DNA of 64,000 bases from a virus. The notes beneath the pieces were generated by a model. That model did no database searches. It worked only from the letters and a program-made list of their open reading frames with translations, and was not told where the DNA came from. Each line of letters begins with the position of its first letter. Position 1 is the stretch's first letter. The position numbers and the translations under genes were made by a program. This document shows, in pieces, positions 46,949-55,906 of this stretch. The stretch covers positions 286,867-350,866 of IMG/VR virus record IMGVR_UViG_3300024259_002152; one strand, 5' to 3'.

Positions 46949-47455
46949 ATGCATAGAAGACTTCCAATAGGAAAACTAATAGGAGGATCTATTTATGTTC
47001 ATAGGGACTATGTAGATCGTGTAGTTCCTGGGGATATTTTCCGAGAAGCGAAGAAAATTGGACATATTAAAGATTTTCATGAATGGTATCCTCAATGGAC
47101 AATAGTCAAATGGAACAAATATAAAGAGATGGTCTCATTTGTTTATTGTCCTTATTTTGATAGACAATTTGAGCCAGGGATTCATCATGTAGTTACTGTT
47201 GATTTAAGGACTAGGACTAGTCAAATAAGGTGTTATAGGGGTATTAAGAATCGTCCTATTTATCATTATAAATGGCTTATGGTTGGTGTTGGTTATAGGA
47301 AATTTCAAGTAAGTCAATGTATGATGAGGAGTTATGAGATTGAAAGAGTTCTAAAGAAATACAATATTAATAGATCAAAAATTGGTTATAGGAGATATTG
47401 GGATGATGTAGTTATTCCTTTAATTCAGAAAGAGAGGATTCCAGATGGTAGATAA
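46949..47455 (+). CDS. hypothetical protein
   Basis: 168-aa ORF. Confidence 0.4.
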   Translation: MHRRLPIGKLIGGSIYVHRDYVDRVVPGDIFREAKKIGHIKDFHEWYPQWTIVKWNKYKEMVSFVYCPYFDRQFEPGIHHVVTVDLRTRTSQIRCYRGIKNRPIYHYKWLMVGVGYRKFQVSQCMMRSYEIERVLKKYNINRSKIGYRRYWDDVVIPLIQKERIPDGR

Positions 47456-47690
47456 AGAATCAAAGATGATAAATACTATGTTAGTATATAGTATTAAGTG
47501 TTTTAAGTGTGGAATTCTTGAGGAAGAGATGGTAAAAGCAGGTCCAATAAAGTTTTGTAAGAAATGTTTTGGGGAAGAGTTTAAGGATTGTGTATCTCCG
47601 AAAGGACAGATATATTCTGGCTCTAAGGTATATAAAGAATGGATAGGTAAATATAGAATGCATATGAATGCATTAACTCATGATAGATAA
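47445..47690 (+). CDS. zinc-ribbon protein
   Basis: CFKCG...CKKCF. Confidence 0.35.
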   Translation: MVDKESKMINTMLVYSIKCFKCGILEEEMVKAGPIKFCKKCFGEEFKDCVSPKGQIYSGSKVYKEWIGKYRMHMNALTHDR

Positions 47691-47717
47691 ATGTAAACCT
47701 TTTGTTGTAGGAGAATT

Positions 47718-47897
47718 ATGATGGCTATGGATCATTATGGTAACACGGTAGATGTAGGTGACACTGTAAGAAAGGTCGGTTACAGTGATGAGTATACTGT
47801 AATTGATACAGAGTATGGAGGAGAAATGCTCAGTTTGAGTGGGGAGAATTGGGTAGAAAATAATGTTCGTGTTCAGGATGTGATGAAAATAGGTTAA
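47718..47897 (+). CDS. hypothetical small protein
   Basis: 59-aa ORF behind GGAG. Confidence 0.3.
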   Translation: MMAMDHYGNTVDVGDTVRKVGYSDEYTVIDTEYGGEMLSLSGENWVENNVRVQDVMKIG

Positions 47898-47912
47898 TTT
47901 AAGCGGGTGTAA

Positions 47913-47983
47913 TCTCCATAAGTGTATTGGTCGCACGTGACCCTTCCAAGGTTGAAGGCTCAGTTCGATTCTGAGATGGAGAA
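47913..47983 (+). tRNA. tRNA-Gly(TCC)
   Basis: loop CTTCCAA. Confidence 0.65.
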
Positions 47984-48074
47984 TTTATTTTGGCTATATG
48001 CAAAAATAAATAAAGGTATATAGCATGTTTCTCCGAATATATTAATAGTTAATGATATATTTTGGAGAAATAAA

Positions 48075-48659
48075 ATGAGAAAAAGAACAAGTCCAATATG
48101 GACAATATCTAAAGATAAGCTAGAAAGGATTGTTAAAAATAGTGATAGTCTCGCTAAAGTCTTAAAACAAATTAATTTAGATCCATATGGTAGCGGTAGC
48201 CGTTATCGATCTTTGAAAGAAAGATTAAAAATAGATAGTATTGATTACTCTCATATACGGTTGGGATCTTTCTCTAATAGTGGTAGAAATTTTGATAGTA
48301 AGGCAATTTCTTTAAAAGAAATTATGGTGGAAAATTCTACTTATAGTAGAAATCATCTTAAGCGAAGACTACTAGAAAATAATATATTAGAAAATTGTTG
48401 TGCCATATGTGGTCAAGAACCCACTTGGAAAAATATAAAATTAGTAATGGTGTTAGATCATATTAATGGTGTTAGAAATGATAACAGATTAGAGAATTTG
48501 AGATTATTATGTCCTAATTGCAATAGTCAACAGAAAACTTTTGCAGGAAAATGTAATAAGAGACCTCTTCCTGTATGCAAAAATTGCGGTAAAGAGGTAT
48601 CTAGAAGATCAAAAACTAAATTATGTAAAAATTGTTATGTAAATAGGAGAATAACATGA
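48075..48659 (+). CDS. HNH homing endonuclease
   Basis: LDHINGVRNDNRLENLRLLCPNCN. Confidence 0.7.
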   Translation: MRKRTSPIWTISKDKLERIVKNSDSLAKVLKQINLDPYGSGSRYRSLKERLKIDSIDYSHIRLGSFSNSGRNFDSKAISLKEIMVENSTYSRNHLKRRLLENNILENCCAICGQEPTWKNIKLVMVLDHINGVRNDNRLENLRLLCPNCNSQQKTFAGKCNKRPLPVCKNCGKEVSRRSKTKLCKNCYVNRRIT

Positions 48660-48862
48660 TAATTACTCTTGATGAAAATACGATGATAAATACTAATTTC
48701 ATACAATATGTGGATAAAAAAGATGATCAAACAGTTGTTATAACAATGGCAGATAGTAAGAGATATGAAAAAAAAGAAACAATGGAACAGGTTAAAAAAT
48801 GGTTATTACATTATGAACAACATCCCCCTGTTACTCATAATATAAAGATAGTTGATAAATAA
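48656..48862 (+). CDS. hypothetical protein
   Basis: 68-aa ORF. Confidence 0.35.
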   Translation: MIITLDENTMINTNFIQYVDKKDDQTVVITMADSKRYEKKETMEQVKKWLLHYEQHPPVTHNIKIVDK

Positions 48863-48870
48863 GATTTTTT

Positions 48871-48942
48871 GCAGCTATGGTATAACGGATATTACGTGAC
48901 CTTGCCAAGGTCAAAATGTGAGTTCGATTCTCACTAGTTGCT
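48871..48942 (+). tRNA. tRNA-Gly(GCC)
   Basis: loop TTGCCAA. Confidence 0.7.
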
Positions 48943-48947
48943 TACAA

Positions 48948-49021
48948 GCCCAGGTAGCCCAAATGGCAGAGGCACATGCCTTAGGAGCATGGTGATGGTG
49001 GTTCGAATCCACTTCTGGGTA
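48948..49021 (+). tRNA. tRNA-Leu(TAG), type-I-like (short variable arm)
   Basis: loop CTTAGGA; 11-nt D loop. Confidence 0.5.
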
Positions 49022-49067
49022 TTTATTAGTGTTTTAGAAATAAGTAGCACCGAATCGGAGTAATATT

Positions 49068-49304
49068 ATGGATGTTGTAATGCTTTTACTTAGTACTCTT
49101 TCTATTATAATTGGTATATATTGTATAATAGTGAGTTTTGTTCCAATTTTAGGTATTGCTTGGGGTTTTGTACCATCTATTATTGGAATAGTATTAGGAG
49201 CTATTGCTGGTAGTACAGCAGGAGTAGTTCTCAATATAATAGCTATTGTTATTATGATTGTTTGGAATCTTATTTGTATTTTGTTTTTAGCTAAGAATGG
49301 TTAA
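49068..49304 (+). CDS. small membrane protein
   Basis: three TM helices. Confidence 0.4.
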   Translation: MDVVMLLLSTLSIIIGIYCIIVSFVPILGIAWGFVPSIIGIVLGAIAGSTAGVVLNIIAIVIMIVWNLICILFLAKNG

Positions 49305-49318
49305 AAAAACTGTTTTTT

Positions 49319-49393
49319 ACTCCTGTAGCTCAATTGGATTAGAGCATCTCCCTTCTAAGGAGAAAGTTAGGGGTTCGAGTCCTCTCAGGAGTG
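49319..49393 (+). tRNA. tRNA-Arg(TCT)
   Basis: loop CTTCTAA. Confidence 0.7.
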
Positions 49394-49603
49394 TTTTTCT
49401 CTATTTTTCACTTTTCCCGAAAAATATAAATCTTTATTACAAAGGAAGTTATAGAGAATTTTTAATATTTATAACAGGAAAATAGTGAATTTACTTGATT
49501 ATTCTTTCACTTTTGACTATATTATACATAGTCATATGACAAGTGTAGTAGTTAGTAAATGTTAACCTAAGTAGTATGTGGCAGAGCCACGGAGGTAACA
49601 ACA

Positions 49604-50026
49604 ATGCAAAGTGTTCAAGTAGGTAAGGAAGCCTCACGAACTGGTAGTGAGTCTTATATCCAGACCTACCAGAACCTGTTGAGGCAAAAAGAGCGTATTG
49701 ACAGGAATCTGATGAAGCTTCAGAGCAAATTATTAAGGGCTATGGCTGGTCAAAAGCCAGTCAGTAGTCCTGCGAAATATGTTTCGAGGCTTCCCAACAC
49801 GACCATTTTGGTCAGAGCTATTAGAGAGTGTATGACTCCGAATAAAGAGATGACTATGAGTGACATTCTAGAATCTCTTCATAAAAAGGATTTGTATCAC
49901 ACTCAGAGCCAGTATTTCTATACGATGGTTAATAATAAACTTAACCGTGATAGTCTTATTCATAAGGTTCGTCGCGGTGTCTTTATGTTTAAACCTCGCA
50001 GAAAAAAAGGAAGTGCTGTGGCATAA
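49604..50026 (+). CDS. hypothetical basic protein
   Basis: 140-aa ORF; followed by terminator. Confidence 0.45.
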   Translation: MQSVQVGKEASRTGSESYIQTYQNLLRQKERIDRNLMKLQSKLLRAMAGQKPVSSPAKYVSRLPNTTILVRAIRECMTPNKEMTMSDILESLHKKDLYHTQSQYFYTMVNNKLNRDSLIHKVRRGVFMFKPRRKKGSAVA

Positions 50027-50051
50027 AAATCTAAAAACATTTAAGTTTTTA

Positions 50052-50094
50052 ATGCCCAGTCTTCTTAGGAAACAGGATGATTGGGCATTTTTTT
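50052..50094 (+). terminator. rho-independent terminator
   Basis: ATGCCCAGTC-17 nt-GATTGGGCAT-T7. Confidence 0.6.
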
Positions 50095-50126
50095 ATACTT
50101 TTTTCCTAAAATTGGGAAAAAAAGAC

Positions 50127-50154
50127 TTGCAAAAGTAGGGAAAGTGTGTAGAAT
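50127..50154 (+). promoter_or_regulatory. sigma70-type promoter TTGCAA-N16-TAGAAT
   Basis: hexamers. Confidence 0.5.
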
Positions 50155-50165
50155 ACTGGGGTCAT

Positions 50166-50483
50166 GTGAGAGGCATGTATATTTTACACCTATGGATAAT
50201 GGAGATTATTGTGGAGCAAAGCGAAAGGACCAAGAACACCTACAGATTAAGATGTGAGAAGATAGTCAACGAATCATGGTCAAAAGTTGAGGAGCATGTA
50301 AATGAGATTATGAAAGCATTAGAGAAAGATATTCTTGATGAGAGAGATATTTTACTTTTAAGGCTTGCTTCTGGGGCTTTTGTTCAGAGAGTTCAGTTAA
50401 ATCAGTTAGAAAGTGATGAGCTTTTTCAGATAGATCCTAACGAGGGTCGTCGAGATAAAGATCTTGATCTTGATGTTTGTTAA
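50166..50483 (+). CDS. hypothetical protein
   Basis: 105-aa ORF behind TTGCAA-N16-TAGAAT promoter. Confidence 0.45.
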   Translation: MRGMYILHLWIMEIIVEQSERTKNTYRLRCEKIVNESWSKVEEHVNEIMKALEKDILDERDILLLRLASGAFVQRVQLNQLESDELFQIDPNEGRRDKDLDLDVC

Positions 50484-50557
50484 GCTCCTGTAGTCTAATA
50501 GGATAGGCACTGGTTTCCTAAACCAGATATATGCAGGTTCGAGTCCTGTCAGGAGTA
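50484..50557 (+). tRNA. tRNA-Arg(CCT)
   Basis: loop TTCCTAA. Confidence 0.65.
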
Positions 50558-50560
50558 TAA

Positions 50561-50635
50561 GTCCCTATCGCCTAATTGGATATGGCACTCCGCTACGGAC
50601 GGAGAATAGTGTGGGTTCGAATCCTACTAGGGATA
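50561..50635 (+). tRNA. tRNA-Arg(ACG)
   Basis: loop CTACGGA. Confidence 0.7.
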
Positions 50636-50640
50636 TTGCT

Positions 50641-50712
50641 AGGTCGTTGGTGAAATTGGTATCATTGGACTCTCCAAAAGTTCGGTTCAGGGTTCGAGTC
50701 CCTGGCGACCTG
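50641..50712 (+). tRNA. tRNA-Trp(CCA)
   Basis: loop CTCCAAA. Confidence 0.7.
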
Positions 50713-50718
50713 TTAAAA

Positions 50719-50765
50719 TTCCAGACAATGAGTTTGTAGAAATGGTAGTAGTATAGCACCGAATC
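50719..50765 (+). promoter_or_regulatory. promoter box + TATAGCACCGAAT
   Basis: motif. Confidence 0.5.
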
Positions 50766-50786
50766 CTTTTTTAGCGGAAAAAATAA

Positions 50787-50981
50787 ATGACAATTACAGA
50801 GCTGTATAAAAAATTAGGAAATATGGTAAAACATGGCTTAGGAGATGAGTCAGTAAAGATATCTATTCCTTTTAGAGATGGAATAGGTATTCATTATGAA
50901 GATATTGTGAATGTTACTACTCATGATGGGATAGTAGATATACATACTACTGTGTCAGAATATGATGATGTGAAAAAATGA
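50787..50981 (+). CDS. hypothetical protein
   Basis: 64-aa ORF. Confidence 0.35.
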   Translation: MTITELYKKLGNMVKHGLGDESVKISIPFRDGIGIHYEDIVNVTTHDGIVDIHTTVSEYDDVKK

Positions 50982-50987
50982 ATAGAA

Positions 50988-51061
50988 GCCCACGTAGACC
51001 AATCGGCAGAGTCATAGCATTTAAAATGCTAGTAGTGGTGGTTCGAGTCCACTCGTGGGTA
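50988..51061 (+). tRNA. tRNA-Leu(TAA), type-I-like
   Basis: loop TTTAAAA, short variable arm. Confidence 0.55.
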
Positions 51062-51077
51062 TTAAAATACTAGATAG

Positions 51078-51150
51078 GCCCAGGTGACCCAATGGCAGAG
51101 GTGAACGTTTCAAAAGCGTTTTGTTGGTGGTTCGAGTCCACTTCTGGGTA
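51078..51150 (+). tRNA. tRNA-Leu(CAA), type-I-like
   Basis: loop TTCAAAA, short variable arm. Confidence 0.55.
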
Positions 51151-51169
51151 TTATGAAATTTACATTCCT

Positions 51170-51227
51170 CCCCTTGCTAATTGCTCCTCATCTTTTTCCC
51201 TCCAAAATTAGCAAGGGGTCTTTTTTT
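51170..51227 (+). terminator. rho-independent terminator
   Basis: CCCCTTGCTAATT...AATTAGCAAGGGG-T7. Confidence 0.6.
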
Positions 51228-51235
51228 GTCCATTT

Positions 51236-51270
51236 TTCCAGACAATGAGTTTTCCAAAAAGGTAAGTATT
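51236..51270 (+). promoter_or_regulatory. promoter box
   Basis: motif. Confidence 0.5.
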
Positions 51271-51462
51271 ATGATAACTGATCAAAAGAGATATATAATA
51301 ATGGAGACAAGTTGTTTCCCTAAGTCATGGAAAGTTCTTTCTGTTATAGGCAGAGATAATAATGCTGCTTATTTGTTTCATCCTACTCCTGAGCAAGCCA
51401 GGGAACAAGTAGAGAATGATTTCCATGGAGAAGTAGTTGAAATAGTAAAGCTAGGAGAATAG
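51271..51462 (+). CDS. hypothetical protein
   Basis: ATG 51271 behind AAAAAGGTAAG; track start 51181 lies inside terminator. Confidence 0.4.
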   Translation: MITDQKRYIIMETSCFPKSWKVLSVIGRDNNAAYLFHPTPEQAREQVENDFHGEVVEIVKLGE

Positions 51463-51464
51463 AA

Positions 51465-51653
51465 ATGAATGAGCAACAAAAGCAAAAATTAGAGCATCTA
51501 TGTTATCTTTGTAAAAAAGGTTATGGTTATAGACCTACTTCTGAAGAAAATGAGTTTCTTGCTGATATGTCTCGAAAATTTCCTCAAGAATATGATAAAA
51601 TTCATGACAAAGCAGTAAAGAAGGCAGTTAAAGAAATAAATCCATTAGGTTAA
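51465..51653 (+). CDS. hypothetical protein
   Basis: 62-aa ORF. Confidence 0.35.
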   Translation: MNEQQKQKLEHLCYLCKKGYGYRPTSEENEFLADMSRKFPQEYDKIHDKAVKKAVKEINPLG

Positions 51654-51659
51654 ATATAA

Positions 51660-51950
51660 GTGAAAAAAGAGAAAGTATATATTACTAGGGATGAGTTGGA
51701 TGATTTCATCTATGTATGGAGAAAACCATCTAAAGGTAATTGGGCTCCTACTCAGATGGTGGGTTGTGATGTAGTTAATTGGCAGAGGGAAGATATAGAG
51801 AATATGGATATATATCCTACTGCTAGTTTTAAGAAGAAATTTGGTATTACTATTTCTCGGAAAATTAAAAAATGTGTCCATCTCTCTTCTGAACTAGTTA
51901 ATAGTGAGGATTATAAGCTTATGTCTGATGACAAGAACAGGAAACAGTAA
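51660..51950 (+). CDS. hypothetical protein
   Basis: 96-aa ORF. Confidence 0.4.
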   Translation: MKKEKVYITRDELDDFIYVWRKPSKGNWAPTQMVGCDVVNWQREDIENMDIYPTASFKKKFGITISRKIKKCVHLSSELVNSEDYKLMSDDKNRKQ

Positions 51951-51952
51951 GG

Positions 51953-52168
51953 ATGGAAATGAAGAATCTTAAAACAATGAAGATAGAAAAAGAGCATATG
52001 CAATATTATGCTTCTGAAATTGTTGATAAGAGTGTCTCAAAAGGAGATATTTTTAAAGTAGTTAGAAAGGTTCAATCTGAGGCTAAAGAGAATGGAATTT
52101 ATCTATCTAATTGTGCTGATCTCTATTGGTTCTTGATAGAGTGTAGGGAGAAAATTCCAGACAAGTAG
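51953..52168 (+). CDS. hypothetical protein
   Basis: 71-aa ORF; promoter box overlaps 3' end. Confidence 0.35.
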   Translation: MEMKNLKTMKIEKEHMQYYASEIVDKSVSKGDIFKVVRKVQSEAKENGIYLSNCADLYWFLIECREKIPDK

Positions 52169-52195
52169 TTTTTAGAAATGGTGTAGTGTTGTTAG
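52155..52195 (+). promoter_or_regulatory. promoter box overlapping CDS 3' end
   Basis: motif. Confidence 0.45.
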
Positions 52196-52239
52196 TGTGT
52201 TCAGAGAAGTAAAATAACATTTCTTAGAGAGGTTAAACC

Positions 52240-53910
52240 ATGTCTGTTACAGAAGTTATAACAGAAACAAGACAGTTGGGAATGCACCCAAAACTCTTAA
52301 TGGATACTATTCAGAGGCAAGCAGGAAGTCTCCAAAAGGCTAATCTTGAAGGAGTCATGAATGCTATTGAGGCAGGCAGTCCTGAAGTTAGAATTAAGTT
52401 AGTAGTAGATGATGGCAAGGCTCTGCTTTCCATAGAGGATGATGGAAAAGGCATTGAAAATGAGCAAGAGATTTATGATTTTTTTGAGATTTTTGGCACT
52501 CCTCACGATGAGAGTGAGAATATGATATGGAAGCAATTCCGTATGGGTCGTGGGCAAATGTTTGCCTATGGCAGAAATACGTGGAGAACATCAACATTCA
52601 AAATGATTGTTGATATTAAGCACAAAGGGCTGGATTACGAATTGCAAAAGGGATTACCTTTTGTTAATGGGTGTCAGATTGACATTGAGTTGTATAGGAA
52701 TCCTATTGGTTCTTCCCATAATAGTATGGATTCTTATAAAGAAATGATTACGGAGCAAGTTAGATTCATGGAAGGAAGAGTCCTGTTTAATGAGGAGCAA
52801 ATAAATCTTCCTGCTTCTGAATGCAAATGGGATTTTGAAGATGATGATGCTTATTATCTGTTTAATGCTGGCTTAGATTTTAAGATTTATAATCTTGGAG
52901 CATTCGTCACAAAACCTTGGAATATAGGTATGAGTGGTATTGCTGTTTCTAAGCAACAGTTGGTAGTAAATTTTGCCAGAAATGATGTTCAGGATGATTG
53001 TGAAGTATATTGCAGAATGAAAAAGGTTATTCGAGAGAATCGTATTAAAACGACTCGTCGGACTCGGAGAACCTTGACTACTTCTTTAAGATTTGCTACT
53101 CTTAGAGATTTGAGAGATAATACTCAAGATATTAAAGGTATTCAGAGTTTGTCTCTTATTCCAACTGCTCAAGGAAGGCATATCTCTCTTAGTGATATAA
53201 GAAAGGTAAAGCAACAATGGTGTTTTGCTCCTCAGGGAGATAGACGTGCTGATAAGATGATGGAGAGAGGTGATGCTTTATGTATTTGTCAAGACCTTTT
53301 GGTTGATTTGGGATACACGGGCATACCTGAAATGTTTTTTGTATGGCTCACTCATACTGAGCAGTGGCGTTATGGCAATAATATATGGGAAGATATTGCT
53401 AAACTATACGTTGATTTTGAAGATTTGACAAGCAATATGTCTGACTCTTATGTTGTTTTGCCTGATAAAAAACAGACAGTAACAGAGAGAAGAATTATTA
53501 CAGTTCTTCAAAAGATGGCATGTTGGAATCAAAGACGTATTCTCCTGGGTTCCTCTGATACAGCCGCGGCTTGGACAGATGGTAGCACCTATATCTGTAT
53601 TGACCGCACTTGGCTGAAAAGCAAACATCTTACTTGTGGCACTCATATTAATCAACTCTTGATGACAATGGCTCATGAAATGGCTCATGATATTGATACA
53701 AGAGGCACTCATTATCATGGTCCTGAGTTCGATAGGAATATGATACAAATATTAGAATCTGATAGTTCTCCTACTTGTTGGGCAGCTAATTTCTGCCATA
53801 ATATGAGTAAGAGTCGGATAGAGGAAAGAAGAGTAAAAGAAGCTCAGCAACAGGAGAAAGCAAAGCATAAAGTTAATAAAAAATTAGGTATTGCGGCAAA
53901 AGAAAAGTAA
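52240..53910 (+). CDS. GHKL-type ATPase-like N-domain fused to HExxH metallopeptidase-like C-domain
   Basis: N-box LEGVMNAIEAG, G1 IEDDGKGIE, G2 GRGQMFAYG; C-terminal TMAHEMAHDID...GPEFD. Confidence 0.5.
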   Translation: MSVTEVITETRQLGMHPKLLMDTIQRQAGSLQKANLEGVMNAIEAGSPEVRIKLVVDDGKALLSIEDDGKGIENEQEIYDFFEIFGTPHDESENMIWKQFRMGRGQMFAYGRNTWRTSTFKMIVDIKHKGLDYELQKGLPFVNGCQIDIELYRNPIGSSHNSMDSYKEMITEQVRFMEGRVLFNEEQINLPASECKWDFEDDDAYYLFNAGLDFKIYNLGAFVTKPWNIGMSGIAVSKQQLVVNFARNDVQDDCEVYCRMKKVIRENRIKTTRRTRRTLTTSLRFATLRDLRDNTQDIKGIQSLSLIPTAQGRHISLSDIRKVKQQWCFAPQGDRRADKMMERGDALCICQDLLVDLGYTGIPEMFFVWLTHTEQWRYGNNIWEDIAKLYVDFEDLTSNMSDSYVVLPDKKQTVTERRIITVLQKMACWNQRRILLGSSDTAAAWTDGSTYICIDRTWLKSKHLTCGTHINQLLMTMAHEMAHDIDTRGTHYHGPEFDRNMIQILESDSSPTCWAANFCHNMSKSRIEERRVKEAQQQEKAKHKVNKKLGIAAKEK

Positions 53911-54042
53911 ATGTAAAGCATTAAGAGAACAGGAGTTATAAAAAATATCTCCTGTTTTCTATTTTTTTCTTGACAGCAAAGTGAAAGTAAGTATAATGAT
54001 GGCACCAAAAGTGATAATATAAACAAATGAAAGGAATGTCAG

Positions 54043-54336
54043 ATGTATAGAGTAATAATTCTTGTAGGGATAGTGATAGGTATAATATATCTTGTTGTTA
54101 AATTGGTGAGAAGCCCGAAGTTCGACAAGTTTTGTAAAGATCTTTCTGAAGGCAAGGTGGAGGAAGATGTGGCACCGAAAGAGACTATCAAAGAGATTAC
54201 TCAGGCTGAGATAGAATTGAATAGAGTAGCAAAAGAAAATCAACGTAAAGCTGAAAAACTTACTGCTGAGGGTGGAAGTATTAACAAATTTTTAGAAAAA
54301 CGGGGTGTGGTTAAGCCGAAGAAGGAGGATAGTTAA
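54043..54336 (+). CDS. membrane-anchored coiled-coil protein
   Basis: TM then charged helix. Confidence 0.4.
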   Translation: MYRVIILVGIVIGIIYLVVKLVRSPKFDKFCKDLSEGKVEEDVAPKETIKEITQAEIELNRVAKENQRKAEKLTAEGGSINKFLEKRGVVKPKKEDS

Positions 54337-54418
54337 TGAAATAAGCTATGGAGGTTGTTTGTAGTATAGTAGATAGTGTGGTAAGAAACAAATATTAATT
54401 TTTGAATTGGAGTAAACA

Positions 54419-55756
54419 ATGAGTCCGAAACAGATTGTAATTGCAGTAATTGTGGTAATAGCTATCGCTCTTGTAGGGTCGCTATTCATGGGAATGGTGT
54501 CCGTTAATGACGGTCAGAATTGGGTCTACCTTCAGCATCTGAGCGGTAAGGTGGTTATTGTTGATGAGCCTGGTGTGTATTGGAAATTCTTTGGCACTGA
54601 TTGGGTATATCCTCGTTATATCGAATTTCGATATAATGACGATCCTGAGGACGGAGATTTAGCTAAAGAATCTATTCAAGTCACATATAATGATGGTGGT
54701 ATGGCAGATATTTCTACCTATATCCGTTTAGCAACTCCATCGACCCAAAAGCGACGTATTGCTTTTCATGAGCAATTTGGCGGAAATAAGGATAATATTA
54801 AAGCTTCTACCAAATCATATATGATTGATTGTTTACAATCGACAGCACCGATTATGAGTTCCTCTGAGAATCAGTCGGCACGAAAGGCTGAGTTTAGGCA
54901 GGTTGTAGAAGGACAATTGAAGTATGGCACATATAAAATGCGTAAAGAAATAATTGTTCAGAAAGACACAACTGACGCGACTGGGAAGGGTATTACTATT
55001 TTCAAGACAGAGATTATCAATGATGCAGACGGCATGCCTATTGTCGTTACTAGATCTCCTATTGCCGAAGATTTTGGTATGACCGTTGTTCAATTCTCGG
55101 TTACCGACACCGATTATGATCCTGAGACTCGTAAGCAATTTGCGGCCAAGAAGGCATCTTTTTTGCTTACAGAGCAGGCTAAGGCAGATCGTGAGAAAGA
55201 AACTCAAGAACGTCTAATGGTTATTGAGAGAGGTTTGAAGGAGAAAGCCATCGAGACTGCTAAAGCGAATGTGTTAAAAGCTAAGGCAGTTATCGCGGGA
55301 GAGTTGAAAGCCGAAGTTGCACTTCAAACTAAACTTGAAGCTGAGACCAAGGCTGCCCAGAAGCTATCGGTTGCCGAGATTAACAAACAAGAGCAGTTGA
55401 TGATTGCAAGTGCTAAGCTTGAAGTAGCTCAGATTAAAGCTAAGGAAGCTGAGCAAGAAAAGGTTGCAGCAATTTTGAGGGCTGAAGGCAAAAAAGAAGC
55501 TATTCAGTTGTCGGGGGCCATAACTGAATTGGAACAGGCGATGATCGATGCTGAAGTTGAGAAGGCAAGGGTTGTTTCCGAAGCATTAGCAAAGATCAAG
55601 GTTCCTTCGACAATGATTATCGGTGGTGGTGAAGGAAAAGGTAATACCCTTATGGAAAACCTGATCAATATGAAACTTATGACTGATACAGGTATTCTGA
55701 ATAAGACTGATATCAATGCCTCCGATGTCGATCGTAGGGTTGACAGGACAAAGTGA
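54419..55756 (+). CDS. SPFH/band-7 (flotillin-like) membrane protein, putative
   Basis: N-terminal TM, globular domain, long Ala/Glu/Lys-rich coiled coil. Confidence 0.4.
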   Translation: MSPKQIVIAVIVVIAIALVGSLFMGMVSVNDGQNWVYLQHLSGKVVIVDEPGVYWKFFGTDWVYPRYIEFRYNDDPEDGDLAKESIQVTYNDGGMADISTYIRLATPSTQKRRIAFHEQFGGNKDNIKASTKSYMIDCLQSTAPIMSSSENQSARKAEFRQVVEGQLKYGTYKMRKEIIVQKDTTDATGKGITIFKTEIINDADGMPIVVTRSPIAEDFGMTVVQFSVTDTDYDPETRKQFAAKKASFLLTEQAKADREKETQERLMVIERGLKEKAIETAKANVLKAKAVIAGELKAEVALQTKLEAETKAAQKLSVAEINKQEQLMIASAKLEVAQIKAKEAEQEKVAAILRAEGKKEAIQLSGAITELEQAMIDAEVEKARVVSEALAKIKVPSTMIIGGGEGKGNTLMENLINMKLMTDTGILNKTDINASDVDRRVDRTK

Positions 55757-55785
55757 CACCTATGACCTCCATGGGTTATTTAGCG

Positions 55786-55836
55786 AACCCCCTTATTGTT
55801 TGAATAGTTATATTTAGATAGTAAGGGGGTTTTTTA
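55786..55836 (+). terminator. rho-independent terminator
   Basis: AACCCCCTTA...TAAGGGGGTT-T5. Confidence 0.6.
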
Positions 55837-55842
55837 TTAAAA

Positions 55843-55906
55843 TTCCAGACAATGAGTTTTAAGTTATTATAGAATGTAAACAATAACTTTTTGTCGGAGA
55901 AATAAA
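55843..55906 (+). promoter_or_regulatory. promoter box + conserved leader AATAACTTTTTGTCGGAGAAATAAAATG
   Basis: motif. Confidence 0.55.
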
